DNA of 64,000 bases from Eledone cirrhosa (Eukaryota): assembly GCA_964016885.1 (NCBI GenBank), contig OZ024740.1, positions 240,374,001-240,438,000 on the forward strand. The letters run 5' to 3'. The translations under genes were made by a program, and so were the position numbers. The notes under the pieces were generated by a model. That model was given only the letters and a program-made list of their open reading frames with translations. It was not told the DNA's origin and did no database searches. Position 1 is the stretch's first letter; each line of letters starts with the position of its first letter. Of the stretch, positions 41,362 through 54,321 are shown piece after piece.

Positions 41362-43682
41362 CGGCGATGAATTAGTTTTGCGAGGTTTTTTATATGAAAT
41401 CGTGTGTCGAAACAGATATTGTTATACTTGGGGAGGGTCATATTTGCGTAATATTGCCAGAATTAATAACAGAACACACTCACTGTTTGGTTGGTTTTCG
41501 CTTCTCGCTGTCTTTTATTATATCTGCGATCTAACTTACTCGGTCCTCAATGTTGCCATTGACTGCAACGTCGACACAGACGAACTGGGCCTCCTACTTA
41601 GACTTACCTACGACACTGACTACCTAGACAGCCATGACCTTAGATGTTTCTGCCCTAGTAGACCTATAAGAGGTAGAACCCCCACCATAACCTCAATGGC
41701 TAAAAAGACTCCCATAGGAAGGTGGATTGGGTGGACCAAAGCCATACGGACCCCCCAAAACACTGATCAGGTAAGAAAAATGGTCGCACATGCAATAGGG
41801 GCTAGTATCAAAACTACCCTAAAGGGCCACATATTTAAGTTCAATGAGAAAATCTACACCCAAAATGAGGGAGCAGCCATCGGCGTCAGCATAGCTGGTG
41901 ATGTTGCCAACCTTTTCATGGTATGGTGGGAAAGGAGACTTAAAGATCTCCTTAATGAAAGCTCCATAGACCTCATCATGTACTCTCGTTATGTAGATGA
42001 TATCAATATAGTTATAAGAACACCCCCACTAGAGAGCACTAACAAGTTCGATTTAGAACGTAGCACGATGGAAAGCATCCAGCAGATAGCTAATTCCATA
42101 CACCAGAGTATAACTGTAACTATAGACTTCCCTTCCAAACACCCTAACAATAGACTACCTGTATTAGACACAGAACTCTGGATTAACACTATAGACGAGA
42201 GAGCCCAAATTCTCCACTCACACTATGCTAAACCCATGGCCTCCAAATACCTGATACTCAAAAACTCAGCAATGTCCAGTAGTGCTAAGTTTAATATTCT
42301 GATCGCAGATTTGGTACGAGTGATGAAGAATGTGTCCAGCATGTGCGACCCAACAGAAATGGAAGGACACATCCAACACTTCATCAACCGCATGCAGTTC
42401 TCTGGCTACAACCAAAGAGACAGAGTCAGAGTATACGAAGGAGCCATGGAAAAGTATAAGACCCTCATAGAACTGGACATGAAAGGAATCTGCCCACTAT
42501 ACAGGAGCAAATCATGGAATAGCTTAGATAGGGCTAGACATAAGATAGGGAAGGCCACATCATGGTACGACAACCAGAGATATCAGAGTGTCATGTTTGT
42601 GGACGCCACCCCTGGAGGGAAATTAGCTAAACAGTGTAGAAAGGCCCTGAGAAAGACCCACTTAAAAATAAAGGTGGTAGAAAAGCCAGGAACCACCATA
42701 AAATCCCTGATCAGCAAAACCTACCCTTTTAAGAAAACCCACTGTACCAATAGGAAGTGTATCATATGTAAGGTGAACCCCCGGATAAACTGTAAAACTA
42801 GAAACGTAGTCTATAGCATAAGATGTACAGAGGGTACTTGCAGAAACATGACAACAACATACATAGGTGAGACAGCTCGTAGCATAGGTGAAAGGATAGA
42901 CCAACACTGGGGGGAACTAAAAGGACGAAAAAACGGGTCAGTACTATACGAACATGCTAGACAACAACATGACGGTAACATAGACAACATAGAAATTAGA
43001 ATAATATCTAAACATAGGAATGACCCAGCAGATAGGCAAATCAGAGAGGCCAGTGAAATAGAAATTAGAAGACCAAAGCTAAACAGAAAGAATGAGTGGA
43101 ACAACAACAACACCCAAACAAACAACACTGACCTAAGAGAAGTATAAATAAGTAAATAAAATTAAATAAAATAAGATAAATAAATACATACACAAGCACA
43201 ATAACAACAAGCACATAAACACACACTAGTCACCCAGCAGACACAACACTATACACACTAGTCACACATCACACATAACACTATACACACACGCAAACGC
43301 ATGCGCAAAGAAGACAAAAAAAAAATAAAATAAGATAAACAAACAAGCAAATAAATAAATAAATATATAGACAGACTGAATAAAAAATGGCGTAGGCATA
43401 CAACACAACAGGAGGAACAATGAATATAACACCACTGACGATGTTGCAGATGTGCAACGAAAGATTTATGTAAATTATGTAAACTATATATATATATATG
43501 TGTTTGTGTCTATATTGTATCTGTATTATTTTTGACCGCCGGTCAGTCAATGGCAACATTGAGGACCGAGTAAGTTAGATCGCAGATATAATAAAAGACA
43601 GCGAGAAGCGAAAACCAACCAAACAGTGAGTGTGTTCTGTTATTAATTCTGGCAATATTACGCAAATATGACCCTCCCCAAG

Positions 43683-43687
<5 letters not shown>
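41361..43687 (+). mobile_element. Penelope-like element, 5'-truncated, with inverted terminal repeat, inserted in (TA)n
   Basis: 144-bp inverted repeats at 41422-41565 and 43544-43687; RT + GIY-YIG ORF in between. Confidence 0.92.
41566..43147 (+). CDS. PLE RT (C-terminal part) + GIY-YIG endonuclease; open frame, true N-terminus missing
   Basis: QNEGAAIGVSIAGDVANLFM, YSRYVDD, LPVLD, CTNRKCIIC..NC, NVVYSIRC..YIGETARSIGERIDQH. The first ~108 codons of the ORF-track call are (TA)n plus the inverted repeat. Confidence 0.85.
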
Positions 43688-43756
<69 letters not shown>

Positions 43757-43802
43757 GAAAGGTATAGAAAACATTGTAGCAAGAAGCCAACAGTATTCCA
43801 TA

Positions 43803-43878
<76 letters not shown>

Positions 43879-44097
43879 CTGTTTGTACTTTAGGCACAAG
43901 GCCAGCAATTACCCAGTGCATTACTGGTACTTTATTTTAACGAAGGAAATGAGGTAAGGAACCAGGTGGACCATAACGCACCTAAGTACTCAATACTTAG
44001 GGTAGTATAGTGGGTAATAGGAACAAGTATGACCCCGACGGCAGAGCTCAAGCCGTTTCGACGGCTAATTCTGGAGTCCATTATTATTTTATATATA

Positions 44098-44155
44098 AAA
44101 TAAAGTACCACTAATGTACTGGGTAATTGCTGGCCTTGTGCCAAAAGTAGAAACA
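44098..44155 (+). mobile_element. Short SINE 3' fragment with 18-bp TSD
   Basis: TSD attattattttatatata at 44080-44097 and 44156-44173. Confidence 0.8.
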
Positions 44156-44174
44156 ATTATTATTTTATATATAT

Positions 44175-44788
44175 ATATAAAACATGAGAAGAAAGAAGAA
44201 TACTGCGTGGTTGCACATGGGTTACATATGATAAAAATAGTCCTTCGTCAATGATTTTCCAACCATCATTGGTATTTCATCGCATTAAAAATCAGATTCC
44301 TCAGGTTGGTGCGAGCAATAACTAAAATAAGTTATTGGGACCAGTAAATCGCGTAAAGCGAATGAGACAAGTGAACAACATAGAAGGATAAAAGCAAACC
44401 AAAGAAAGGAAATAAACAAGCAACATGGTTATCCGGGCAGCATAATCTGGGTGGATTTCATGAGCGAAAGGTACAGACGTCCGGCGTGAGTGAGATGTAA
44501 GTAAGAAGAGACCCACTGTAAGCCAAACGGGAGGAAGTGAGAAGGGGAGAAACAGAGAGTGAGTGAGTGGAAGTGCGAGGAAGCGGTCAGTCGAGAGAAA
44601 GTGTAACTGACAGAGGGGGCGAAATAATGTGAGAGAAACAGAGAGAACGGGGAAGCAGTAAGAGAGAAACAGACAAACGCAGCCGAGGTAAATATATATA
44701 AAAAACATGAGAAGAAAGAAGAATACTGCGTGGTTGCACATGGGTTACATATGATAAAGATAGTCCTTCGTCAGTGATTTTCCAACCA
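44175..44788. repeat. Non-coding element with ~90-bp direct terminal repeats
   Basis: aaaacatgagaagaaagaagaatactgcgtgg...gattttccaacca at ~44179-44265 and ~44702-44788. Confidence 0.8.
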
Positions 44789-44824
<36 letters not shown>

Positions 44825-45254
44825 ATAATATACATATACATATATATAACATATTCCGTATTCCACCTGGTTGTAGTGGGGCTGACAACGTTGTTAGAAC
44901 TCAATGTGTCCTTGGAAAGATGGATGCAGTAGTTTTTGTAGTAGGTGATCGCCGCTTCAGAGTTTCTGAGCAAGGCGGCCGATTGAACACGGATTTCGAG
45001 ATTGGAAATGGGTAGGAACTTAACCACTACCATGCTAGTCGATACATCGACCCTCTGAAACGATCGTAAAACAACGAACTATCTATCTACCTACTCCTGT
45101 CTTCAGTTTTGCATTGTTCTACACACACACACACACACACATACACACACACATAAGGAACGATCGACTTTCGTCACATCGGACCTAGGAAACAATGTTT
45201 CCGTTGGTCTTTCCAATTGCTAATACTATCTATCGGTCGCAACTCCAGGTAGAA

Positions 45255-45375
45255 GGAGCAACGTGAAATAAAGTGTCTTGCTCAAGGACATAACGCATCG
45301 CCTGGTCCAGGAATCGAACTCACAACCTCACGATTGCGAATCCAATTCTCTAACCACTCAGCCACACGCCTTCAC
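45255..45375 (-). mobile_element. tRNA-derived SINE head
   Basis: The rc has A-box gtggctgagtggttag, B-box gagttcgattcc, then gtccttgagcaagacacttt. Confidence 0.8.
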
Positions 45376-45529
45376 TATATATGGTGTATTGATATGTAAC
45401 GTTCAGTAACTGATGGTTCACGAGTTTGACCACTCAAACAACTTCACCTGGATTTGTGCCTTGGAGGGAAACTTTCTAGGTGCAAATCCCATAATCATTT
45501 GTGACTGAGGGAGGTCTTTACTCCTTTTT

Positions 45530-45591
<62 letters not shown>

Positions 45592-45724
45592 CGAAGGAAA
45601 TGTGGTAAGGAACCAGGTGGACCATAACGCACCAAAGTACTCAATACTTAGGGTAGAAGAGTGGACTGAGTCCAGAATTAGCCGTCGAAACGGCTTGAGC
45701 TCAGCCGTCGGGGTCCTACTCGTT

Positions 45725-45764
<40 letters not shown>

Positions 45765-45804
45765 TACAAATATTAATAAAATAGATGTTCTTGTCATCAA
45801 TTAA

Positions 45805-45857
45805 ATTTTATTATACATATTTCAGAGGTACAACAGTACGTCCTCATCAGATAAAAT
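45805..45857 (-). ncRNA. Type I hammerhead ribozyme candidate
   Basis: attttat-CTGATGA-ggacgtac tgtt gtacctct-GAAA-tatgta-TA-ataaaat; 7-bp stem I. Confidence 0.7.
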
Positions 45858-46040
45858 AAAATGATACATGACATACCCTGAGATGTTAAATGGTTAAGAT
45901 TTAATCAAGGTACTACCTTGATTAAATGTTAACCATTTAACATCTTAACAATAATAACAATACTGTTGTTATTCTTCTGATTGAATGCCATTACTACTGT
46001 ATATAGTAGCCATGCCTGTATATTCCTTTCATTCTCACAA

Positions 46041-46146
46041 GCTCCGATGAATTGACTGGTTACAACTATGTATTGGTGAACGAATGACGTGAAAACAAGC
46101 GGGTAGCGATCTCTAGACCTACCAGTTCAGAGAAACAATTGTCAGC
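46041..46146 (+). ncRNA. Hammerhead-like fold with long stem II insertion, upstream of the PLE ORF
   Basis: gct-CCGATGA-attgactggt...accagttcaga-GAAA-caattg-TC-agc. Confidence 0.5.
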
Positions 46147-46425
46147 AATGCGATTAAAAACCTTTTTTTGTATGGCAAACCGTGTCACTCTTCTTTCCTG
46201 ATTTATCATTACTCCAAGTGTTAACAACATAGAAATTACCGCGTACTCGCAGCATCACTATGGAAACGCCTTGTTGAGTCAAACTTAGCCAAGCGTTGAT
46301 ATCATCCACTACTCGGAGTACCCTAACTGGACTACACTTAAGTGGACTACCTATAACAATAATATGTTACCCCGTATACTTAGCTCCCACCTGGTTGAGC
46401 AACACCATTAACGTACGGCAACAAC

Positions 46426-48994
46426 ATGGAAAAGCACCGTATAGGAATGTCACTGAAAAACATACCTAAACCTACAAATAAGGACTATACACTGGGCATG
46501 ATACAACGGACTAATGATTTCATCCGTAGGGTCCGATGGAAGGCTTACCACTTCGACAAAGGACCAGCTATTAACGGAAGAGAATTTTCTAAGGAGAATT
46601 ACGGATTCAAATCCTGCAAAAACCCTCCAAACAACCCCACACTCGATGCCTTCGAGCTGGACCATATGAATATGATAAGTGGAACTAAATTCAAAAAAAG
46701 AACACACCACAACAAATTACAAAATAACATCAATACACTACTAAAAAAACTAAAAGACACTAACGGAATCATAGTAAAGGCAGACAAAACATCAAACGTA
46801 TACTCTATGGACATACAATAATTTTATTCAGCGTGAACTACACAAAAAATACAATAATTTTATACATCAAAAATACAATAATTTTATACATCAAACGTAT
46901 ACTCTATGGACATACAATAATTTTATTCAGCGTGAACTACACAAAAAAATACAATAATTTTATACATCAAAAATACAATAATTTTATACATCAAACGTAT
47001 ACTCTATGGACATACAATAATTTTATTCAGCGTGAACTACACAAAAAAATACAAAAAAACAAACGAATCCACACTCACCAGCATTAACGTGGAGGGCCTT
47101 AGGATAGTAAATAAACTCGGTATACCTGATAGGACCGAGCCTCTAACCCCATGCAACCCCACATTTAACCTGAAGGATCACAAAAATAATTTTGAAACAA
47201 ACCCTACTATCAGATTAATATGCCCATCTAAGTCAGATATAGGTAAAATTAGCAAGAACATTCTAGATAGGGTAATCGCACAAATAAAGGGTAAACTAGA
47301 AATCAATTTATGGGGTAACACTAACGAGGCGATTGAATGGTTCAATAAAATACGAAATAGGGAGACATGTAACTTCATACAATTCGATATAAACAATTAC
47401 TATGCATCCATATCCCCAGCCACCCTAGATAAAGCGCTTATATTTGCCCAAAATAACTCCGATCTTACCCCTGAGGAAATTGAAATAATAATAGCGGCTA
47501 GAAGGACTATCATAAAATTTTGAAAATAGCTACTGGGTAAGAAAAGATAGGATAAACAGCTTCGATATCACAATGGGATCAAATGACTCTGCGCAAATCA
47601 CTGACGTCGTGGGGCTATTTATAGCACACAACCTACATAAGGAATTCGGTAACCTCTAAGGGGGGATTTATAGAGACGGCACGCTCCTTATAGCTAGGAA
47701 CTTAAACAACCAGAGCATGGAAAGATTAAGAAAAAACATTAGAACATTCTTCAAAAAACTAGGCCTAAGTATTACCTACGAACTGAACCATAAAAAGGTA
47801 AACTTTCTATATGTGACACTAAATTTAAATACGGGATTAATAGAACCCTTCCACAAAAATAATGAGAATCTGGCCTACATTAGTTATAACTCAAACCACC
47901 CCAAATCCATAATCATATCCATAGCACGTAGTATATCCCTTAGAATATCCCGCTTATCCTCAAACCTAGAAATGTTTAATGAACATGCTAACTATTATAA
48001 CGCAGCATTACATAGGGCCGGACAGAAAGATAAGCTGCAGTTTATAACGAATAAAGACATCTTAAACAAACCTACTAGCAATTACACCAACCTCTCACAC
48101 AAAAATAGAGGTAACAGGACTAGACATATAGTTAGGCACGTAGCACCTAGAGTAAGTGGTCCAAACACCAATAATGTAAACCCTAGAAACAATAGAAGAA
48201 TCAGAGAAAGAAAATACCTGTGGTTCAATCCAATCTTCAACTCCTCTGTGAAAACTAGACTGCCTTCTACATTCTTTAAACTAATAGATAAACACTTCCC
48301 TATTTCACACAGATATCATAAAATACTCAATAGAAAAACTCTAAAACTCTCATACTCTACGGCAGCAAATATAGAATCGCACATACGCAAGATCAACCAC
48401 AGAAATACCTCTAGGGAATCCGCCCCACCTAAGCGCAACATAGCACCAAATTATAAACATAAACAGATCACAGTATCACAACCGCAAACGCATACAAGCA
48501 CGCAGCAACAAAACCCCAACGGGCCTAAATCACAACCCACTTATCGCAGTGTACAAAACAGCAGTGTGGAAGCTGCACGAAATAACACCTCAAACTGTAA
48601 CTGTCACCTACCGGATAGGTGCCCATTGGCGAATAGATGCCTTGATTCGAGCCTAGTGTACATGTGTACGGTCAACTCAGACAACTCCACTTGGCATTAC
48701 ATTGGATCCACCGCAGGTACTTTTAAAAAAAGATGGTATGTGCACAGACACTCGATGAAAAGCCGTGCACTTATGGGTTCTACAACCCTCGCCAAAAAAA
48801 TCTGGGAACTTAAGGACAATAACACCAACTACAATATCAACTGGTCGAGGTTGTCGGCCGCAAAGACTTACAGTACCGGTATGTCCCACTGTAGGCTCTG
48901 TGATCTAGAATTACTATATATCCTTAGGAATGTAAACAGGTTACTCAACAACAAGTTAGAAAGATCAATCTTCTGCAGACACAGAATTCACTAA
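46426..48994 (+). pseudogene. Near full-length Penelope-like RT + GIY-YIG ORF, disrupted
   Basis: VKADKT, IRLICPSKSDIG, FIQFDINNYYASI, FDITMGSNDSAQ, GIYRDG (decayed YRDD), CNC..CPL..CL, VYMC..YIGST..FKKRW..H, CRLC. Interrupted by a tandem duplication, a frameshift at ~47521 and a stop at ~47657. Confidence 0.9.
46790..47053 (+). repeat. 99/100-bp tandem duplication (~2.6 units) inside the PLE ORF
   Basis: catcaaacgtatactctatggacatac starts at 46790, 46889 and 46989. Confidence 0.92.
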
Positions 48995-49299
48995 ATTCAC
49001 AAGATTTAAGCCTCCGTGAATCGAACCGACATAACTTAGCTTTCAACTTAGGATATCCACTCTACTGCACGAACCACCACAGAAATATAATCATTAAGTA
49101 CACTCTAGCCTTCTTAATTCTATACCACAGTAATGTCTGTAAGTACCTTATCAACCCATAAATATATCCCTTCTCAGCTGCTGTCAACTTCCTCACCCTT
49201 GACTCTCAACAAATGAATCTAAATCCAAGAACATTTCAAAATACTACTACAGCAGAACATTACCTCCCTCCTGTTATAATTGTAGTCAGCATGTTTTCT

Positions 49300-49350
<51 letters not shown>

Positions 49351-49429
49351 TGCCTCCTTAACCTCTGTATTAACTTTCCTATTATATTGCTACTCTGTTA
49401 ATGTTATCTTATACATGTATGTATAAGAT

Positions 49430-50775
49430 AACATTAACTAAAATAAACTAAAATAAAATAAACTAAAATAAATAAGTCAAATATTTAAAATTTGGCTTCG
49501 TTTATTACTGCTATATATATTTCGGTGACAGCCATCTTTGGCTGTGACTTCTTGAGGCAGTCCGAATTAGTGTGGTAGAGACGAGTACACATGTTGTTGA
49601 GGTGTTTAACTTTGTCAATACTCTGATATGCCCAGTTCCTGGTTGGGTTGTTATTTCACTGAGGAACTGGAATCATATGAATTTAAACAAGCGAATTTCA
49701 ACGTCAGAGGACATCCTCTCTTCTCATTGGTCAATTGTGAGAACATTCCCCAGTCAAAAGTCTATAGAAATTCGTTCTGAGGCGAGGCAATCTGTAGTGG
49801 TTGTTCTTGTTATTGTTAAGTACATCTGACCTCTACTCTTATGTTGGTAGTGGTATTGGTGTTGGAGTCAGCTCAAAAAAATGATAAAATGATTAAAATG
49901 ATAAAATGGTAGAAGGAATAATATGGTAAGAGAATATGGTGTTGGTGCTGCGGTCAGCCTAGGTCTTGCTGCTGCTGGTTTTAGAAGTATCTGTGTGTGT
50001 TTGCATTCATCCTGTCACCATTTCTCGAGGTGGTGGTGGTGGGGGTGCCAATCATATGAAGAAATAAAAGGCAATAAAGTGAAGAAAATATAAAATGAAA
50101 ATAAGATAATATAAGCAAATAATTAAACAAAAAAATGATAAAATAGTAGAAGGAATAATATGGTAAGAGAATAAAATAAGATAATCAAATAAAATGTGTG
50201 TGTGTTATAACCAATCTCAAAGTTAGAAAGATTTGTAAGATCCACTCCTCCCATTGGTCAGTTGTGAGAGCATTCCTCAGTCAAAAGTCTATAGAAATTC
50301 TTTCTGGGGTGAGGCTATCTGTAGTGTTTGTTTTTGCTATTGTTAAGTATATCTGACCTCTACCCTTATTTTGGTAGTGGTGTTGGTGCTGCGGTCAGCC
50401 TAGGTCTTGCTGCTGCTGGTTTTAGAAGTATCTGTGTGTGGTTGCATCCATCCTGCCACCATTTCTCATGGTGGTTGGGGGGGGGGGGTTCCATGCATAT
50501 GAATAAATAAAAGGCAATAAAATGAAGAAAATAGAAAATAAATGAAAAATAAGAAAATGAAGATTTAAATAAAATAAAATAAAATGTGTGTGTGTTATAA
50601 CCAATCACAAAGTTATAAAGATGTTGGCCAAATTAGCAAGGCTGTGTCAGAATCAATCTAAATATTTGACTTATTTATTTTTGTTTATTTTACATTACTC
50701 CGGAGTAACCAAACCAACCTGCGCACTTCGTCGAGTGCTCCAATCTGCATACTGTAGTGTTGGTATACAACCAAC

Positions 50776-50780
<5 letters not shown>
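49430..50780 (-). mobile_element. Non-coding PLE-like remnant (family B): two ~530-bp tandem units, decayed hammerhead, inverted terminal piece
   Basis: Units start at ~49712 and ~50240. 49465-49680 is the rc of 39878-40095; 50655-50778 matches 40065-40095 and 2615-2705. Confidence 0.65.
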
Positions 50781-50816
<36 letters not shown>

Positions 50817-50818
<2 letters not shown>

Positions 50819-51264
50819 AGCTGAGGTGCCCAGCTTCGCCCGAGGAAACAAATGATAAGAGAAATTACTGTGTTGGATGCGTTTAATGTATCGGGCGAGA
50901 TCGTCATGTGTGTGGTAAAAAAGTCAAAGACTCTTCCATATACACTAGATTCTTCGTTTTACCGTTCGAATTATAGGTGTTCCCTATCGTGAACAACCTA
51001 CATATAACTGTCCATGGGCAAAAACCGACCCTTTCATATTCAATCTTACAATTTTGAGACTCTGGCCCTGAGCTTTATTTATGGTCGTAACAAAACTGGC
51101 TCTAACAGAGGAATATTGGGAATAAATGTATTTTCTCCTTGATGAATGACTCCAAGAATAGTGAACTCTGGGAGATGGTTTGTCATCCGTCTGACTGTAA
51201 AGCTGTCATTGCATAGATGTGTCGGGTCCAGGTTTCTCAAAATGATGATGTCAGTTCCAATCTT
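50817..51264 (-). mobile_element. Helitron 3' end with PIF1-like helicase C-terminal remnant
   Basis: Minus strand: KIGTDIIILRNLDPTHLCN...GENTFIPNIPL...NKAQGQSLKIV..VFAHGQLYVGCSR..KTKNLVY, then hairpin ctcggg cgaa gctggg and terminus CTTG|T (CTAG-like). Confidence 0.85.
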
Positions 51265-51298
51265 TTATATTATATATAGATATAGATAATTATACATA

Positions 51299-51384
<86 letters not shown>

Positions 51385-51389
<5 letters not shown>

Positions 51390-51545
51390 TTGGCATGACA
51401 CTAAACTGCATCCGGTAGAGAGACTCCAGTTCGAGAGCTCTGGGGTTCTGGGGAGTATGGCGTTACCCTTAGCCACCATTATTACCAAGTCTGCTCTGGC
51501 CCGGGACGGTAGCGCCTGTCAGGGTCCCGCCTATGGGTTAAATAG
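51385..51545 (+). repeat. Probable separate SINE-like repeat fragment adjoining the RTE
   Basis: atgacactaaactgcatc...agggtcccgcctatgggttaaatag resembles a cephalopod interspersed repeat as I recall it; single copy in this window. Confidence 0.4.
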
Positions 51546-51549
51546 TCTT

Positions 51550-53217
51550 AGTGGCACAGCTTGTCATGCTATATCCTTGAATCTACGACGGTTTGTAATA
51601 TCCAGCAGCCATACCCCAGCCTATATGACTGCCCTGTGCCTCAGAGGAAGGTTTTTGAGCCAAAGGCTAGAAGGACGCTCTGGTATAAAACCTACGAGCC
51701 GAGAACCACGCTATCGAAGTCCCAGTTTACTAAGCCAGGACAGTTGAACCTCGGGTGTAAATGGTGGGGTCAGTTCAGCGCACACTGCACTTTACCTAAA
51801 ACTTCACTGCGCAGGCTCGAAGAATATGTCCGCGAACACCAACCACTTCCAGCCCTATAGTGATAGGAAAGAGGCGAAAACAGCAGGTGTATGATGATAC
51901 TGGAAACCATCGTCCCAATCCTGCATACAGGTAGTCCAGGGCTTTTGTCGCCTGATGCTTACCCGGGGACGACAACATCGTTCGATACAGCCTTAATGAC
52001 CAAGCAACCTTTTCTAGGACCAGCACTACTTACTCGGCATGGAGAGGGGTTTAGAAAAGGTGGCCTAAACAAAACTTGTCTCCTACGTCCCCGGTTGGCA
52101 AATCGCGGTCAATGGGCATCTTCTCATGCGGTCAAGGAAGAAAAGGTACATACCCACCTGCAAGGGTGTGAAAGGATAGAAAATCACATGCTGGAATATG
52201 AGAACCATGCTAGACACAGTCAACAGCAGTCGTCCAGAACGACGATCTGCTCTAACTGCACACAAGCTATCCAGGTTGAATGTTGACATCGCTGCTCTTA
52301 GTGAAGTCCGTTTTCCAGGGGAAGGCAGCCTACAAGAACATGGCACCGGATACACTCTCTATTGGTCAGACAAACCAACAGCAAAGAGACACTTTTCAGG
52401 AGTGGGCTTCATGGTCAGAAACTCTATCTATTCCAAGCTAGAAAACTTGCCAACAGGTCATTTTGACCGCATTAGTTTTGTGCACCTCCCACTAAGTAAT
52501 CAACAATATGCCACGCTCTTCAGTGTGTACTCCCCTACTCTTCGAGCAGATCCTGTGGAAAAGAGCAGGTTTTACCTTGATCTTCACAATCTCTTACAGG
52601 GCGCCTTTGCGGACGACAATGTCATAATCCTTGGCGATTTCATCACCAGAGTGGGCTGAGTTTCTGTAACTTGAGAGGGAGTGCTTTGGATACGTAACAT
52701 TGGTAACTTCAATGACAATGGGTGTTTGCTGTTAGAGTTCTGTGCAGAACATCAACTCGTCATCACGAATACCATCTTCCAGCAGAAGCACAGTTTGAAA
52801 ACAACCTGGATGCATCCACGTTCAAAACACTGGCACATTATTGATTATATTCTAATGTGCCGATGTGACCTGAAAGATGTCTTGCATATTAGAGTGATGC
52901 CCAGTGCGGAATGTCACAAAGGAGGGGTCCCCAAGAAAAAGGTCAAGCTTGGCAGTTTCCAGTCAGCTGAACTGAAAGATGACATCCAAGCTGCCGTTCA
53001 ATTAAGGCTTGAAGATGCAAACATTCCCACAGATGCCTCTCCAGAAAAACTTAGGGAACATCTAAAAACTGCCACAAGATCTCGGGACATTACTCTGCTC
53101 TCTGACGCGGAAAAAATGCTCGCAAGGATGCTGCTAAATAGACTGGTATCTACCATCGCAGAAGACCACCTCTCAGAGAGCCATTATGGATTCAGAGTCA
53201 ACAGGAGCACACCATAG
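51550..53217 (+). mobile_element. RTE (BovB-like) LINE 5' part: UTR, APE endonuclease, internally deleted RT start
   Basis: RPERRSAL..LSRLNVDIAALSEVRF.GEGSL.E.G.GYTLYWS, SVYSPT, LGDF, TTWMHPRSKHWHIIDYIL, RDITLLS..KMLARMLLNRL, ESHYGFR. Confidence 0.9.
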
Positions 53218-53618
53218 ATATGTGTATATGAGCAGACTGGATTCTGCGTGACAAGCAGCGATAGTTTGATGACAGGGGAGATGACTCAAATTAGACTGAT
53301 GTTGGAGACAATTTTCGTTTGAGTTGGTTCATTCCGGGTAAGATTTATGGTTACCCTGGATCTTTCTAGTTATGTAACAGATACTTCGCAGCGTACGGAC
53401 AGCGATTTAAAACATCGGCTCTTGTGTTAAGACAAGTACTATTACGTAACCTCGGCAAGATATTCACTATTTCATGAATACACAGCTTACAGGACACTGC
53501 TCTATTTCCGTATGGGTTGCTAATTTGTTGTGGAACTAACTCTATACTAACTCTATATCGAACTCGTCCTTTGAAATGAGTGCACTACTTACTACGGACA
53601 TAACCTCTCGGTTTTTAC

Positions 53619-53664
<46 letters not shown>

Positions 53665-54049
53665 ATGATATGAAATGATTTGAATTGAAGGGAATTCAAA
53701 CGCAGAAATAGCTGTAAAATAGCCGAGTGCTATGATAATCATAGCAAAGATTCAGGTTAAACAAAACCCCTTAATGAACGGAATATCGATCATTGAAGAA
53801 GAAAGAGAGAAAAAAAAGAGTTAATGAAAGTGATAGAGCGTATAGTGTTGACATGGAGAAGTAAGAATAGGATAGGAGTGGAGAAAACAAGTTTCTCTTG
53901 TCTACCAACACGCGTCACACCAACAGAAATTTTGATTATGTTACGGCAGCCTAAAATACATTTTATGGCTAGAAGAAAGATGATTAGGTATTTGACGCTA
54001 TAGTTCGTTCTTTTATGTTATTCAACCTTAAAGTTATGTATCTATGTAC

Positions 54050-54082
<33 letters not shown>

Positions 54083-54247
54083 CATGCACACATACACACA
54101 CACACATACACACACATATATATATATATATATATTACAAAGAAGAGAGACGGTTTTAAATGTACATCCTCTGTTTGTTATATAATCGTGTATATATTTA
54201 TATATATATATGTAATGTATGTATATATATATATGTGTGTGTGTGTG

Positions 54248-54321
<74 letters not shown>

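Noticed and set aside
41243-41565. N-terminal extension of the 634-aa PLE ORF
   Set aside because: Consists of (TA)n and the inverted terminal repeat; the open frame is fortuitous.
47521-47660. Programmed recoding or selenocysteine TGA in the PLE ORF
   Set aside because: The TGA results from an extra T shifting the frame; a TAA and a YRDD-to-YRDG change follow, consistent with decay.
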